Positions 30,218-38,831 of a stretch of 64,000 bases of DNA are shown piece after piece. Origin of the DNA: an uncultured virus (IMG/VR IMGVR_UViG_3300033148_007826) (taxonomy: Duplodnaviria > Heunggongvirae > Uroviricota > Caudoviricetes); IMG/VR virus record IMGVR_UViG_3300033148_007826, one strand, 5' to 3'. The position numbers and the translations under genes were made by a program. The stretch's first letter is position 1. Each line of letters begins with the position of its first letter. The notes beneath the pieces were generated by a model. The model did not search any database. It saw only the letters and a list, made by a program, of their open reading frames with translations, and was not told where the DNA came from.

Positions 30218-30492
30218 TCCTCCATGCCTATGCATACCCTCATGCCTTCAAGGTCCACCAGGACTTGAACGTATGAGAAGACGTATCCCTCGTTGGGATA
30301 GAACTTGTCTATGAGGTCTTGCATCTTGTCCATATCACGGTCTATCGTGTTATCCCCCGCCTCGGGGACCACATCGCTGATGAAAAGTTCCACGAACTCA
30401 TGGAATCCCCAGTTGACGATTTCCTCGCCCCATTGTTCCTTCTTCACAAGCTTCCATAGATAGGTCGTTTGTTCCGGCTTTACCTGTTCCAT
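30214..30492 (-). CDS. Small acidic hypothetical protein
   Basis: GGTGACACGATG start; class B variant promoter at about 30520. Confidence 0.7.
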   Translation of the reverse strand: MEQVKPEQTTYLWKLVKKEQWGEEIVNWGFHEFVELFISDVVPEAGDNTIDRDMDKMQDLIDKFYPNEGYVFSYVQVLVDLEGMRVCIGMEE

Positions 30493-30685
30493 CGTGTCAC
30501 CAATAGAACCATAGGATTTGGGGGTTTTTATAGTTTTCGTAGTTCTCGGGATATTATAGACCGTTGCACCACACCCGAAAGACTGGCCTTGTATCGTCTA
30601 TAGAGCCTATAGATGTGCAATAGTGCGAAACCTTACCTAGTTCATTGAATTGGCGGAGCCGACATTGACTCCGCCGTGGGTAGCA

Positions 30686-31360
30686 TTATTCTTTGAACGT
30701 CCTCTTCATATGAGGCGGCAGTTTCAGGCTTGTCTCATGGACGGTGATGATGATAGATTCGTCTATCTCTATATATTGGTCAGGTGATTTCTCGGTTCCG
30801 TTGGTATTGTAGAATATTGATATTTTACCGTCGGATACCAAGTCCTTGACCGGGGGGGAGTTGGTGTCCTTGCTGGCTGACCAAGTTTGGTTCGAGAAGA
30901 TGTTGGAACCCGTGTGTTCCGTGTTCATGATGGTGTACCAGGACGATTCTTTCCAGTCGTAGATTGAAATCGTCCCTCCTTGGTACGGAATCTCTCCATT
31001 TACATAACTGTATGCCCAATATGATGCGTTGGTCCTGAACTTCAGTTCCATGATGTTGTCAGGGACAGTGTAGTTGAGCACGACCCCGGTATTGTCGGGG
31101 CTACCCCAAACACTCAAAATGTTCCCATCTGTCCAGTTGGTGTCCCATAGCGAACCCGTAATGGAGGGCCATGATTCGAACGGAACCCATCCCTCGCCCG
31201 CATAACTCACGACCTGATAGGAGAAGTGCCTTTCTTTCGGAAGGCGGAAGTTCCTCATATCCTGCCTGAGTGCCTCCTTGTTGACGAGGGCGGATGCTAT
31301 GCTTGATGTCATTGCCAGTATCAGCACACATACCATGATTGTGGCCGTGATGCGCTTCAT
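30686..31360 (-). CDS. Secreted hypothetical protein
   Basis: Signal peptide MKRITAT...; class B promoter 31386-31397. Confidence 0.7.
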   Translation of the reverse strand: MKRITATIMVCVLILAMTSSIASALVNKEALRQDMRNFRLPKERHFSYQVVSYAGEGWVPFESWPSITGSLWDTNWTDGNILSVWGSPDNTGVVLNYTVPDNIMELKFRTNASYWAYSYVNGEIPYQGGTISIYDWKESSWYTIMNTEHTGSNIFSNQTWSASKDTNSPPVKDLVSDGKISIFYNTNGTEKSPDQYIEIDESIIITVHETSLKLPPHMKRTFKE

Positions 31361-31589
31361 GCTATCCCAAAAACTTGATTTACTTGGGGCTTTATATAAT
31401 TTTCTAAGGTTTGGGCGGGGCAGAAGATGGTCTTCGCCCCGCCCGGTGGGGGTTGGGGGGTTGGTGTATGTAGTTGGGGGGGGTTGGCTTTCCTTTTTTG
31501 AGGTAAAAACCAATATGTAGAATGCTCGGGGACTTTATATGCTTTTCTATTTCGCAAGGTTAAATAAACAGAACGTTATTAATATTACC

Positions 31590-31811
31590 ATGAACCGAGA
31601 TGACTACCGGAGAAAACAGGAACGCAGACGGGCAGCCACGAAAAAGCACATTGAAAGGCGAGTCAGACTTGCTCGTTGGTTCGGCATTCCTGATGACTTC
31701 AAGTGGCTGAAGGAACCTCATCGGCTCCACAAGTACAATATGGTATGCTCGTGTTCGATTTGTAGTCAGCCCAGGCATAATCGTCATAAGTTTCAGAGAG
31801 AGGCTTGTTGA
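31590..31811 (+). CDS. Small basic protein with CSCxxC motif
   Basis: MNRDDYRRK...CSCSICS; TTAAATA box upstream; resembles 45597-45986. Confidence 0.55.
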   Translation: MNRDDYRRKQERRRAATKKHIERRVRLARWFGIPDDFKWLKEPHRLHKYNMVCSCSICSQPRHNRHKFQREAC

Positions 31812-31845
31812 AGAACCAGTAATGGCCTCTCTCTTTGATTCTGCC

Positions 31846-32394
31846 TTATATCAGGCTCGTGAACAGTCTGATGAATATTCCAAGTATGATTGCACCGACA
31901 GACAGCACGAGGATAATCGCCGCCACTATCTTGATTGGGGCGGGGATGACCAGGGCCACTACGAAAGCGACCAGACTCATCAGCGTCAGTATTCCAGCGA
32001 TGATGGTGAGTATCGGGAAGCCGGGGACGATGAACAGTATGAACGTCACGCCGCCGAGAATAACCGATAACGCCAAGAGTGCGATTAGCACGAGTATCTT
32101 GCCGGGTGGTGGTACGAGTAGTATGGTAATAACGGCCCCGATAGCCCCGATGAAGCCGAGGATTATCAGGATGATGGAGAAGTAGTTGATGAGCGTTCCG
32201 CCGCCGATGAAGCTCCTGGTGGTGGTGTCGTTATTGAGGACGTAGATGGCGAGAGCGACAATCGCAAAGAGAGCGAACATTACTCCGAGCAGGAGGCCCT
32301 TTGCCCCAGAGCTTAACTTCTCTCTGGGTGTGCATTTGTTCTGTCTCGGATTGAAATCCATGCCCTTCTTTTCGCAACTTTCCTTGGTAACCAT
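31846..32394 (-). CDS. Multi-pass membrane protein with N-terminal Cys-pair motif
   Basis: CEKKGMDFNPRQNKC then TM helices; class A promoter 32435-32456. Confidence 0.7.
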   Translation of the reverse strand: MVTKESCEKKGMDFNPRQNKCTPREKLSSGAKGLLLGVMFALFAIVALAIYVLNNDTTTRSFIGGGTLINYFSIILIILGFIGAIGAVITILLVPPPGKILVLIALLALSVILGGVTFILFIVPGFPILTIIAGILTLMSLVAFVVALVIPAPIKIVAAIILVLSVGAIILGIFIRLFTSLI

Positions 32395-32456
32395 GTTATC
32401 GGCTCCTATCAGCAACGAGTCTATTTCGGAGGAAATATATATAGGTTTGTAACCAA

Positions 32457-32810
32457 TTACCGCCAATGGTCGGGTCTTGCCCGTCTTATTTTCTTTGCCG
32501 TGTCTTTAACTGGGCACGAGGCAATGATTGTATTAACGTTGATGAACCGAACATCGCAATCCGTGTAGGTTTCGAGTTCATCTTTCAGAGCATTCAAATC
32601 CCGAGGGGCTCCTTCTGGTGTGAATCTTACCGTCACCGTATCTCCATCCCTCCAAAGCACGGCAGATTCTTCAGACACAATCTTTTCCATACCTTCTGGG
32701 AGTCCTTCGAAGCCGGACGGATTGACTATGAATAGTGCGGGGTCGCCTTTCAACGTGCCTTCCACATTGGTTGGTCTACGCACACCGAAGATGAATGGTT
32801 GTTCTGTCAT
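32457..32810 (-). CDS. Small hypothetical protein
   Basis: Class A promoter 32833-32853. Confidence 0.65.
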   Translation of the reverse strand: MTEQPFIFGVRRPTNVEGTLKGDPALFIVNPSGFEGLPEGMEKIVSEESAVLWRDGDTVTVRFTPEGAPRDLNALKDELETYTDCDVRFINVNTIIASCPVKDTAKKIRRARPDHWR

Positions 32811-32878
32811 TGGCACTAATTACATCAGATTGTATAAATACGTTTGTAACCAAAGTCACACGCCTCTTAATGGAAAGA

Positions 32879-33028
32879 TGCTCCCGTCGGGATTCGAACC
32901 CAAGTCCCCGGCTATCTTTCGGGCGGTTGAACCTCAATCCAACCAAGAATGTGCGTCCACATTCCACTGAACCGAATCAGTTTCCCGACGAAAGGCCGGA
33001 ATGATTGTCCTGTCTACACTACGGGAGC
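32879..33028 (-). tRNA. tRNA-Glu(TTC) with 75-nt intron at 37/38 (32914-32988)
   Basis: Cloverleaf; canonical BHB with CUUU/AAAG central helix and CG^U, AU^A bulges. Confidence 0.9.
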
Positions 33029-33037
33029 ATATTATAG

Positions 33038-33109
33038 AGCCACCAGCCGGAGTCGAACCGACACCTAATCCTTACCATGGACTTGTTCTGCCATTAGAAC
33101 TATGGTGGC
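33038..33109 (-). tRNA. tRNA-Thr(GGT)
   Basis: Cloverleaf GCCACCA/TGGTGGC, U73. Confidence 0.9.
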
Positions 33110-33120
33110 AAAATTTATGT

Positions 33121-33369
33121 TCATTCGGTCTGCATCAACATCGTGAATATGTCTGCGGGCGTGAAATATTTGTGGGCGTACACGCCACACTTGGGGCATT
33201 TTGCCATTACGTCAACAACCGGGTCCGAATCCTCTTCATATGGCATGGACCCATTTACTGCGTTCCAGTCTGTGGTCTTGAACTTGAGATAGTCCCACTT
33301 ATCATCATCATCGCTTTCGTCTTGCTTGACAAAGCAAGAGTCGCACTTGAATGGGAGTTCTTTGTTCAT
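33121..33369 (-). CDS. Small zinc-ribbon protein
   Basis: CDSC...CPKC. Confidence 0.6.
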   Translation of the reverse strand: MNKELPFKCDSCFVKQDESDDDDKWDYLKFKTTDWNAVNGSMPYEEDSDPVVDVMAKCPKCGVYAHKYFTPADIFTMLMQTE

Positions 33370-33746
33370 TATTTTTCCCCCTTCTGGCAGTTATTCGTGC
33401 ATCGCCATGCCCTTCGTTGCCCTTCATCCATTGATAGTTCCATAGGACTTCCACATATTGGACAGCAGTTATTCTCCCCATGCTTTATCTTCTGCCTGTC
33501 GTACATGATTTCTGAATCATGAAGAATCAATTTGATTCTATGCGATGGGATACTTGTCTGGGGTATTTGATTGATAACGATGAACGAGCCTTCTATCTTG
33601 GCTATCATCAAACCCTTGACCCTGGCTTCAGCTAATGGTGCTCCACGGCTGGTATAGACTACTTCGACCTTATTAAAGTCGAAAGCATCGTCGTGCCACA
33701 GCCTATTGAGAACTGTGATTGGTGTCTTTTCCTTAATAGAGGTCAT
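33369..33746 (-). CDS. DUF504/MJ1316-like RNA-end recognition domain with zinc ribbon
   Basis: VLNRLWHD...YTSRGAP...IPSHRI motif; CPIC...CTNNC. Confidence 0.7.
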   Translation of the reverse strand: MTSIKEKTPITVLNRLWHDDAFDFNKVEVVYTSRGAPLAEARVKGLMIAKIEGSFIVINQIPQTSIPSHRIKLILHDSEIMYDRQKIKHGENNCCPICGSPMELSMDEGQRRAWRCTNNCQKGEK

Positions 33747-33793
33747 CGTGTCACCAGTAGAACTATAGGATTGGGGGGTTTATATGGTTTGTT

Positions 33794-34384
33794 CTACGTT
33801 TCCTTGACCGGGTTCCATTCTTCTTCGGTCAGCCCGAAGGTCCAGGCGATGCCCGCCTTGCAGGTCTTTGTGGTCGGGGGTACTCGTAGAAGATACGTCT
33901 TGTCCGTGGATGCGTCCTTGACCTTGACAACTACGATAGGCTCCGAGAGCTTGGTCGCACTGATTCGGATGAGCTGGCTTTCGCCATCCTTGTGGAGAGT
34001 CCTTCCACCGACCCCACGGACGAACTTCTCGAAGCCATAGTTCTCTATCAGATACCTGCGTATCTCCTGATTGTTACAGTTGAGGATTTCCCTGGCTTGA
34101 AGATTTCCCTCTGCGAGCTTGATGATGAGGAGGTAATCCCTGAGTGGTATGACTAATGCTCGATGTGTTGCCCTGGAGAGCTGTCTGTAAGGGCCTGTGA
34201 AGAATGTTGAATATTTGTAATCTTTCCATTTGGTTCGTTGCCAGAAATTACCACCAGCCCTTTTCTTCTTGGTGATGAGGTCTTCTCTCACTCTTATGAG
34301 GCCCCTGTGGAAGTAAATGTCGATTCCTGGGTATAGCTGGAGTCTCACAGGTAGAACGCTACGGATTTGGTCGTAGTGGCCCAT
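33794..34384 (-). CDS. DUF6745-like phage protein
   Basis: C-terminal YLLRVPP...CKAGIAWTFGL. Confidence 0.7.
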   Translation of the reverse strand: MGHYDQIRSVLPVRLQLYPGIDIYFHRGLIRVREDLITKKKRAGGNFWQRTKWKDYKYSTFFTGPYRQLSRATHRALVIPLRDYLLIIKLAEGNLQAREILNCNNQEIRRYLIENYGFEKFVRGVGGRTLHKDGESQLIRISATKLSEPIVVVKVKDASTDKTYLLRVPPTTKTCKAGIAWTFGLTEEEWNPVKET

Positions 34385-34415
34385 TATATCCTTGATTGTG
34401 GACTTCAGATGTCCA

Positions 34416-34727
34416 TTAGTCTGCGACAGTTCTGCTCCCCCCGAGAGCGTATTCCTTCTGGCGAATGACTTCCCAGATGCCTTCGTCGAGTTCGACGGTC
34501 CCATGCTCCTCGTGGACTACCTCGGCATCATCGAAGACATGGACGAACATATCGTTCCCGATTCCAGAGAGTAGGTCCGCATTGCCCTGGAGCCTGTGGG
34601 CGTGTCCGGTAGCTTCTCCTTCGACGATTATCTTGTCCTTCTTCGGACTCAGGTATCGCTTGGTGTCCACTGGGATGTGGTCCCTCTTGATGAACAGTAC
34701 GTCACCCTGTCTCATGTGTTTGACCAT
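34416..34727 (-). CDS. RQGDV/GEATGHAH phage protein (usual DUF6745 neighbour)
   Basis: RQGDV...EGEATGHAH...HEEH...RQKEY. Confidence 0.75.
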   Translation of the reverse strand: MVKHMRQGDVLFIKRDHIPVDTKRYLSPKKDKIIVEGEATGHAHRLQGNADLLSGIGNDMFVHVFDDAEVVHEEHGTVELDEGIWEVIRQKEYALGGSRTVAD

Positions 34728-34728
34728 T

Positions 34729-34929
34729 TCAGTCGCCCCCTGTGGTGGACCTGCCAACCAATATCCCAATTAGCAGAGGGGGCAGTATGAGGGCGAGCAT
34801 GGCTGGCACGGCCTCCCACCCCATCGTTTCACCGGATGATTGCTGTCCGACCATGGAGATAGCGACCATCAACATGAATAGCAGATATATGACCATTATC
34901 ACTATTGATATTATTCCAGAGACTTTCAT
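34729..34929 (-). CDS. Small membrane protein
   Basis: GGTGACACGATG; class B promoter 34956-34967. Confidence 0.65.
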   Translation of the reverse strand: MKVSGIISIVIMVIYLLFMLMVAISMVGQQSSGETMGWEAVPAMLALILPPLLIGILVGRSTTGGD

Positions 34930-34983
34930 CGTGTCACCGTGATATAGTAGCTATTGGGACTTTATATGATTATTGGTTCTTAT

Positions 34984-35409
34984 TCATACAAGCCCGAGAT
35001 ACTCTGCTATATCTGCAAGCGACACGAATAGCAACAATCCTAATAGGCCACCTATGATTGCCCCCACATATATTAATAAACTTGATGGTTGAGTAAAGTA
35101 AGTGCCCAATCCAATGGACTCATATTCCTCTTGAGTGACCTCGTGTGTTTCTCCATCTATCGTTTTCACGACATATATCTGTGGCCCATTGACGAGGTAA
35201 TATGTTTCATCCTCTATTCGGGTTCCATTGTCATCAACAAAAGTAACGTTGTAGATTTGAGTGTAGGTACTCTTCTCTATAACCTCTGATGTCGCAACCT
35301 CGCCTTCTTCAACCAGAGCACCGATGTATCCTCCGGCGATTGCACAGGCAACGATTAGGAAAACCAATACCGAGATAAAAGCTATTAGCCCTTTCTTTTC
35401 ATCATCCAT
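34984..35409 (-). CDS. Two-TM membrane protein
   Basis: GGTGACACGATG start MDDEKK. Confidence 0.7.
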   Translation of the reverse strand: MDDEKKGLIAFISVLVFLIVACAIAGGYIGALVEEGEVATSEVIEKSTYTQIYNVTFVDDNGTRIEDETYYLVNGPQIYVVKTIDGETHEVTQEEYESIGLGTYFTQPSSLLIYVGAIIGGLLGLLLFVSLADIAEYLGLV

Positions 35410-35467
35410 CGTGTCACCACTAATACATATTCCTTGGGGGTTTATAAGCTTTACCAAGTCCACCAAT

Positions 35468-35707
35468 TTAGAATATGTTGTCTAATAATGTTTTTCCACA
35501 ACTGGAACAACCCATTATCTTGCCATATCCATTACAATTGTTGCACCGCCCCTCCATCTGTTCAAATATTTCAATAATGTCATCCCAGGCGATAGTCGCA
35601 TACCCGACGCCCGAACGATAAACTGATACCCCATCCTTCTTTTCCATATGAACTTCTTCTGTCCTGGCAATCCCATGCTCGTCCTTGGATTTTACCATCT
35701 TTTTCAT
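35468..35707 (-). CDS. Small zinc-finger protein
   Basis: CNNCNG...CSSCG; class B promoter 35747-35758. Confidence 0.6.
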   Translation of the reverse strand: MKKMVKSKDEHGIARTEEVHMEKKDGVSVYRSGVGYATIAWDDIIEIFEQMEGRCNNCNGYGKIMGCSSCGKTLLDNIF

Positions 35708-35761
35708 GTCGCTCACCTTTGTAATATCAATAAGAACTAAATCTTTGGGACTTTATATGGT

Positions 35762-35926
35762 TTACCATGTTTCCCATCCCTCTGTGTTGAACCAAACCTC
35801 CGGCTCACGGCCTTTGGATATGAGAAACTTGTTCTTGTAGCGGAACTTCCGCCAGAGATAACGTCTAACTTCCTTGCGCTCTTTACGATAGGGCCTCGGG
35901 TTGTCCCTTCTGTGTGTTCGTGTCAT
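35762..35926 (-). CDS. 54-aa basic protein (below ORF-track cutoff)
   Basis: MTRTHRRDNPRPYRK...NTEGWETW read manually. Confidence 0.5.
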   Translation of the reverse strand: MTRTHRRDNPRPYRKERKEVRRYLWRKFRYKNKFLISKGREPEVWFNTEGWETW

Positions 35927-35961
35927 TCTCACGACATTTTATGAGCCCCTGGAAAGTAAAG

Positions 35962-36034
35962 TAACAGGGACAGGATTTGAACCTGCATCTTCCGAGTCAT
36001 GAGCCCGGCACTCATCCAATTGAGCTACCCTGTT
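35962..36034 (-). tRNA. tRNA-Met(CAT), initiator-like
   Basis: A1-U72; GGG in anticodon stem. Confidence 0.85.
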
Positions 36035-36035
36035 A

Positions 36036-36255
36036 TGGTACACCATCTGCGTGGCGTTGGAGCCAAAGGCGCACCCTTCACGGATGTAACCCCTGTTGCT
36101 CAGTGGCTCCCGACTCGGAAGGTATAGGTGTGATGCCTTCTGGTCTACGCCACACAGTTTTGGTTTTCCATGCCCGAAGGCGGCAAAGGAATGCCCGATG
36201 AATGGGTCTATCCTACTACCACTCTCGGCATTGACCAGTAAGTAGAGCATGGTAT
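36036..36255 (-). ncRNA. Unknown 220-nt structured RNA closed by 7-bp acceptor-like stem and ACCA
   Basis: ATACCAT/ATGGTGT+ACCA; 11-bp CTGTGTGGCGT/ACGCCACGCAG; GGAGCCA/TGGCTCC; lies between two tRNAs. Confidence 0.65.
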
Positions 36256-36268
36256 ATAATCGTTATGA

Positions 36269-36343
36269 TGGGCCTGGGGCGATTCGAACACCCGGCTTCT
36301 GGATTAAGAGTCCAGTCCATTTACCTAGCTATGGTACAGGCCC
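36269..36343 (-). tRNA. tRNA-Lys(CTT)
   Basis: Cloverleaf GGGCCTG/CAGGCCC. Confidence 0.9.
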
Positions 36344-36346
36344 ATG

Positions 36347-36405
36347 AAGGGATGCCGGGACTCAAACCCAGTTGAACATGGCTCCTTCCAGTCGCCATCA
36401 TCCCT
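36347..36405 (-). ncRNA. 59-nt anticodon-less tRNA-like RNA, copy 1
   Basis: AGGGATG-ATGGC-GACTGGAAGGA-GCCAT-GTTCAA-CTGGG-TTTGAGT-CCCGG-CATCCCT-T; covaries with copy 2. Confidence 0.8.
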
Positions 36406-36419
36406 ATGGTATCCTAAAA

Positions 36420-36618
36420 TGAGATGCCTGGTTTTTGGTCAAGAGCCTGACGCACCGTTGTCTCCGGCTCTCAACTCCCCGACGGTGCTAGGTGCCCCGG
36501 CGCATCCCGTAGGGGTCAGGGCGTCGTCATCCGCACCGTACTCTTTGTCCGACGCACGAGCGTAACCAGGCAAGGTCAAGTGCGCCGCCGGAGGGGTCAC
36601 GGTAGTTACCTCCGGTCC
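36420..36618 (-). ncRNA. Unknown GC-rich structured RNA
   Basis: Directly after class B promoter 36636-36647; helices CCGGAGG/CCTCCGG, GCCTGGTT/AACCAGGC, CCTGAC/GTCAGG, GCACCGT/ACGGTGC; no minus-strand ORF. Confidence 0.55.
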
Positions 36619-36655
36619 TATTAGCCGATATGGTTGGGACTTTAAATAGATTTGG

Positions 36656-36958
36656 TCAGTCTTCGAAGTGAGATATTACCTTCGGAGAGAGATGGTCTTT
36701 CTTCACCAATGCTATGACCATGATTTTCGCAGAGTGGAGCGGGGTCACGCTTTTGAGGTGTTTCTCTGCAATGGCCTCATCTGGCAGGAATACGTTGGTT
36801 TTGAGTTCGACTCCCTTGACTCCCTTTATCTTCTTCACGGTTATACTGACATCCCCGAGTTCGAGAATCAGTGGAATCCGGTCTTCTTCTTCTACTACGT
36901 TCATTGTCTTCTGTCCGAATTCATTCAACGCCTTATCCTTGTGAATTACCACAACCAT
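36656..36958 (-). CDS. Hypothetical protein
   Basis: GGTGACACGATG; class B promoter 36986-36997. Confidence 0.7.
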   Translation of the reverse strand: MVVVIHKDKALNEFGQKTMNVVEEEDRIPLILELGDVSITVKKIKGVKGVELKTNVFLPDEAIAEKHLKSVTPLHSAKIMVIALVKKDHLSPKVISHFED

Positions 36959-36985
36959 CGTGTCACCTATGGAATGGTAGGAGGG

Positions 36986-36997
36986 GGGACTTTATAT
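36986..36997 (-). promoter_or_regulatory. Class B promoter motif, representative copy (ATATAAAGTCCC; more than 20 copies with variants)
   Basis: Copies near 31386, 31529, 34956, 35747, 36636, 36986, 37892, 38390, 38811, 45089, 51211, 55020, 58470, 61118, 61493 and on + strand at 51928, 63557. Confidence 0.85.
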
Positions 36998-37003
36998 GGA
37001 TTT

Positions 37004-37864
37004 CTATTGTTGGAGCTTTTCTGTGGGGTCGTCGGCCTTGCTCTCCACCCCACTCATAGCCTTCAATGCCCTGACGTACCAGACGTTGTTGATGTCCCCA
37101 TCTGTTATCTCTCTGAGGGTTTCTTCGCTCTTTATTGCGCCCCACCAGCTCTCTCCGCCCCAGATTATCTTGTCGAATTCTGGAACGTAGATGGCCGGGT
37201 TGTTCGAGCCCATGATTGTGAGTGTGTCCTCGCCCTCGTGGTAGGGTAGGAGGTAGAGGCAGAATGAGCCCAGATAAAATCCCAGGTAAGTCTTGTTCCC
37301 ATATTCCTTGGCACATGGCCTGATGCTCACAGGCGTAAGAGGTTTCGTCCGTCCAATCAGACTCCCTTCTGGATTGAACGACAACCTGATGCCCGTTACA
37401 GGATGTTTGAGCTGGATGGTCTTGAGTTCCTTGAAGGCTTCATAGTCCTCCTTTGGTTCGGTGAGCATACGAGCGAACCTATCCACGTTTTTTGACTCAG
37501 AGAGAATAGTGGAGTTGGCTCTCTCGATTCGGCCTTTGAGCCAGTCATCGGGTGGCTGGTCTACCTTCTCGTATCCCCAATTATATCTTTCTTTAGTCCA
37601 GCCTTCCATATCACGGTAGGCCCAGTCTTTTGCCTCCCCCTTGATAACCTCATCTTCCTCATCGGCAGGGAATTCCTTGTAGTCGTCCCGTGTCGTTTGC
37701 CCCACTCCCACAGACACCCAGAAGCGATACCACTGCGTACCTGTCTTCCTGAAAAGACCCTTTGGACAATTCTGTGGTCCGGTCTTGCAAGATTCCAGGT
37801 CGTCGCATTCCTCGCATTCATTCGGAATATTCGCCGTAAGATGTTCTGGAGTATTTCCGGTCAT
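37004..37864 (-). CDS. Hypothetical protein
   Basis: GGTGACACGATG; class B promoter at about 37892. Confidence 0.75.
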   Translation of the reverse strand: MTGNTPEHLTANIPNECEECDDLESCKTGPQNCPKGLFRKTGTQWYRFWVSVGVGQTTRDDYKEFPADEEDEVIKGEAKDWAYRDMEGWTKERYNWGYEKVDQPPDDWLKGRIERANSTILSESKNVDRFARMLTEPKEDYEAFKELKTIQLKHPVTGIRLSFNPEGSLIGRTKPLTPVSIRPCAKEYGNKTYLGFYLGSFCLYLLPYHEGEDTLTIMGSNNPAIYVPEFDKIIWGGESWWGAIKSEETLREITDGDINNVWYVRALKAMSGVESKADDPTEKLQQ

Positions 37865-37906
37865 CGTGTCACCTGTGGAATGGTAGGATGGGGGACTTTA
37901 TATGGT

Positions 37907-38362
37907 TTACTCTTCTGCGATTTGATAATTGTGATGTTGGAACTCGTCAATAGTGCCGACGAATATCTCACCATTATTGTCTTTGAATATTTTCATGCCA
38001 TAGAGGGCGAGAACCCATAATGCTGAGACAATACTGAAATACTCTATAGAGTTGCTGAAATAGTGGTGCGAGAGTGTCATGTACTTGTGGTACTCTGTCC
38101 TCTGGGCCTGGGTCGGCCAGTCTTTTAATGATTTGGTGATGGTTTCTGCGAGGTTCCTGTTGATTTTTGCCAGCCTATCATAATCTATGAGAAGGGTTAG
38201 AGCTTCCGTATGATTTATGGGTGCGTTACGGTGGGTTTCATAATATTTCTTGATTCTGTCCTTGAGTTCCTCTTTGATATTATTGAATATGCCCCTATAA
38301 CGTTCCAGATTATTTTCTGTAGGGGGGCGGAAATAGTTAATTCTCTCATTGAATGCGAACAT
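37907..38362 (-). CDS. Hypothetical protein
   Basis: GGTGACAAG RBS; class B promoter 38390-38401. Confidence 0.7.
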   Translation of the reverse strand: MFAFNERINYFRPPTENNLERYRGIFNNIKEELKDRIKKYYETHRNAPINHTEALTLLIDYDRLAKINRNLAETITKSLKDWPTQAQRTEYHKYMTLSHHYFSNSIEYFSIVSALWVLALYGMKIFKDNNGEIFVGTIDEFQHHNYQIAEE

Positions 38363-38415
38363 CTTGTCACCAAATAATCCTAATCCTTTGGGACTTTATA
38401 TGGATTTCGATTTGT

Positions 38416-38790
38416 TCACTCCCGCTCAACCAAACACTTGGGAGCCTCGGTATTGACCTTCATCCTTCTGATGCCCCTGAAGCCCTTCATCCGTATCGGG
38501 TCAATCTCGTGGAAAGGTCCACCCCTCTGGATGTAGAACCCTGCGGGCCAGTTCTGACCCGTGGAGAGGCACTTGAAGCCTTTCTTTTCCTCGACGACAT
38601 CCACGACCTTCTGAAAGCCCTTGATTTCGCCGTCGTGTACTACGAAAACCCTGTCTCCAGGTTTGGCATTCGGCTTGTATCCGAGCCTGTAGTTGAGAAC
38701 GATGTCGGGGTCTTTCGCCGCCGCATCGAGTTCTTCCTCATACTTCTCCCACGGTATTGATTTCGGGATGGTGATTATCCAATCTTCCAT
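38416..38790 (-). CDS. ASCH/PUA-like hypothetical protein
   Basis: Start MEDWII; KPGDRVFVVHDGEIKG; class B promoter 38811-38822. Confidence 0.55.
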   Translation of the reverse strand: MEDWIITIPKSIPWEKYEEELDAAAKDPDIVLNYRLGYKPNAKPGDRVFVVHDGEIKGFQKVVDVVEEKKGFKCLSTGQNWPAGFYIQRGGPFHEIDPIRMKGFRGIRRMKVNTEAPKCLVERE

Positions 38791-38831
38791 GTGATTGAAT
38801 GATAGAACGGGGGACTTTATATAGATTTCGA

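Noticed and set aside
30596..30675. Two short inverted repeats in an intergenic gap
   Set aside because: Could be terminator or chance; nothing to distinguish
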